Positions 63,001 through 64,000 of a DNA stretch of 64,000 bases are shown here, in pieces (within the stretch, counting starts at the first letter, position 1; each line of letters opens with the position of its first letter). The position numbers and the translations under genes were made by a program. The stretch is from Balanoglossus misakiensis (lineage: Eukaryota; Animalia; Hemichordata): the NCBI GenBank assembly GCA_040954595.2, contig CM082589.2, positions 4,230,213 through 4,294,212 of the forward strand, in the 5' to 3' direction. Below the pieces are notes generated by a model. That model was not told the DNA's origin, searched no databases, and saw only the letters and a program-made list of their open reading frames with translations.

Positions 63001-64000
63001 ACTCACCGCAGGTCGATTGCACTTCTCGCCATGATTCTCTCTATTCCGATGAAAGGGGGCGCGAACACGTCATTGGCATTTTGGATTAATTCGCTCAAAA
63101 TGCATGGTTTTGATTTAGAATTGTCCGGAGAAAATGCCATGTACATGTAAGTGTGATGACTGAATATATGTTATTTCTGCATTGTGGGCTATTTTTCACT
63201 GAGAATTCTTGACATCTTGACTTGAAAATGCCTTATGGGAGAGAGACATAGTCGCTCTACAAACAAACTGAAGCGTCACATTTTGCCTCGGTGAATTGGA
63301 AAGGGTCAACTTTTAACGCGACTGTGACGTATTCAACCCGAATTCTTCGGCTCCCAGTAATTACCTAAGGTTCCACAAGGCCCCCGCTGTCTCGGGGTAT
63401 CGTTCTTTCTATCCGCGTCACGTCATACACGACAGTTTCTACTTGGTAAAGAAACGTGTGTACTGACAGCGATAGCTGTAAGGCGGGAAGCCTGAAACGG
63501 AGAGATTGGCCAGGCCAATTTGTGACTTGTTGAACTTCTCTCAGTAGTGCAAGGGAACTTTAGAGCTAGTAACACAAAACATCGCCCGGATTATTTGGAG
63601 TAAGAAACATTCCGAGACGATTCATAAATGGGACCTCGAAGGAAAAATAAACCTTTTCAAGTGCTAGTCCCAGGCGGATCACGGCGTAAAGAGAAATCAT
63701 AATGCTGTTATATACGGCGGGCGCGACGAGTGAGATGGAACATGAAAACCGGAATGTTCCGTGACCGCTGATTACGGGTGAGTTTAGGCCAAGAATTCCC
63801 AGCTGGAGATCCGCGTCTCTCCGCACCTCTGTCAAGACATGCCGCCGGAATTCGGTACAAACAGTGAACACTTCATTACCTCTCTATATAGCCACGCACC
63901 GTGTGCGTTATGATCCACCACGTTGACAGCGCTGTACCATATGTGCATGCATACTCGTGAAATTCAAACATGTACGTCACATCTCGTAATAAATATAGGA

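Overview
This is eukaryotic (animal) genomic DNA, roughly 40% GC by eye with no obvious CpG depletion, and it looks like an invertebrate, possibly a non-vertebrate deuterostome (inference only). The only protein-coding content I can support is a pair of paralogous class A GPCR genes of the orexin (hypocretin)/allatotropin receptor family, arranged tail-to-tail. Receptor A (+ strand) is join(10344..10793,13050..13277,14010..14311,14621..14748,15824..16032), 438 aa. Receptor B (- strand) is complement(join(20209..20396,21193..21317,21684..21982,23317..23556,23855..24274)), 423 aa. Both have five coding exons with identical intron positions and phases (0,0,2,1), canonical GT-AG sites and intact frames. 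The rest (1-10 kb and 24.5-64 kb) appears non-coding. It contains several short non-autonomous DNA transposons (TA-, TTAA- and TWA-flanked), micro- and minisatellites, many RFX X-box and CRE palindromes, and candidate untranslated exons or promoters. Nearly all other ORFs in the supplied track look like noise. I found no prokaryotic-type systems, RNA genes or CRISPR arrays.
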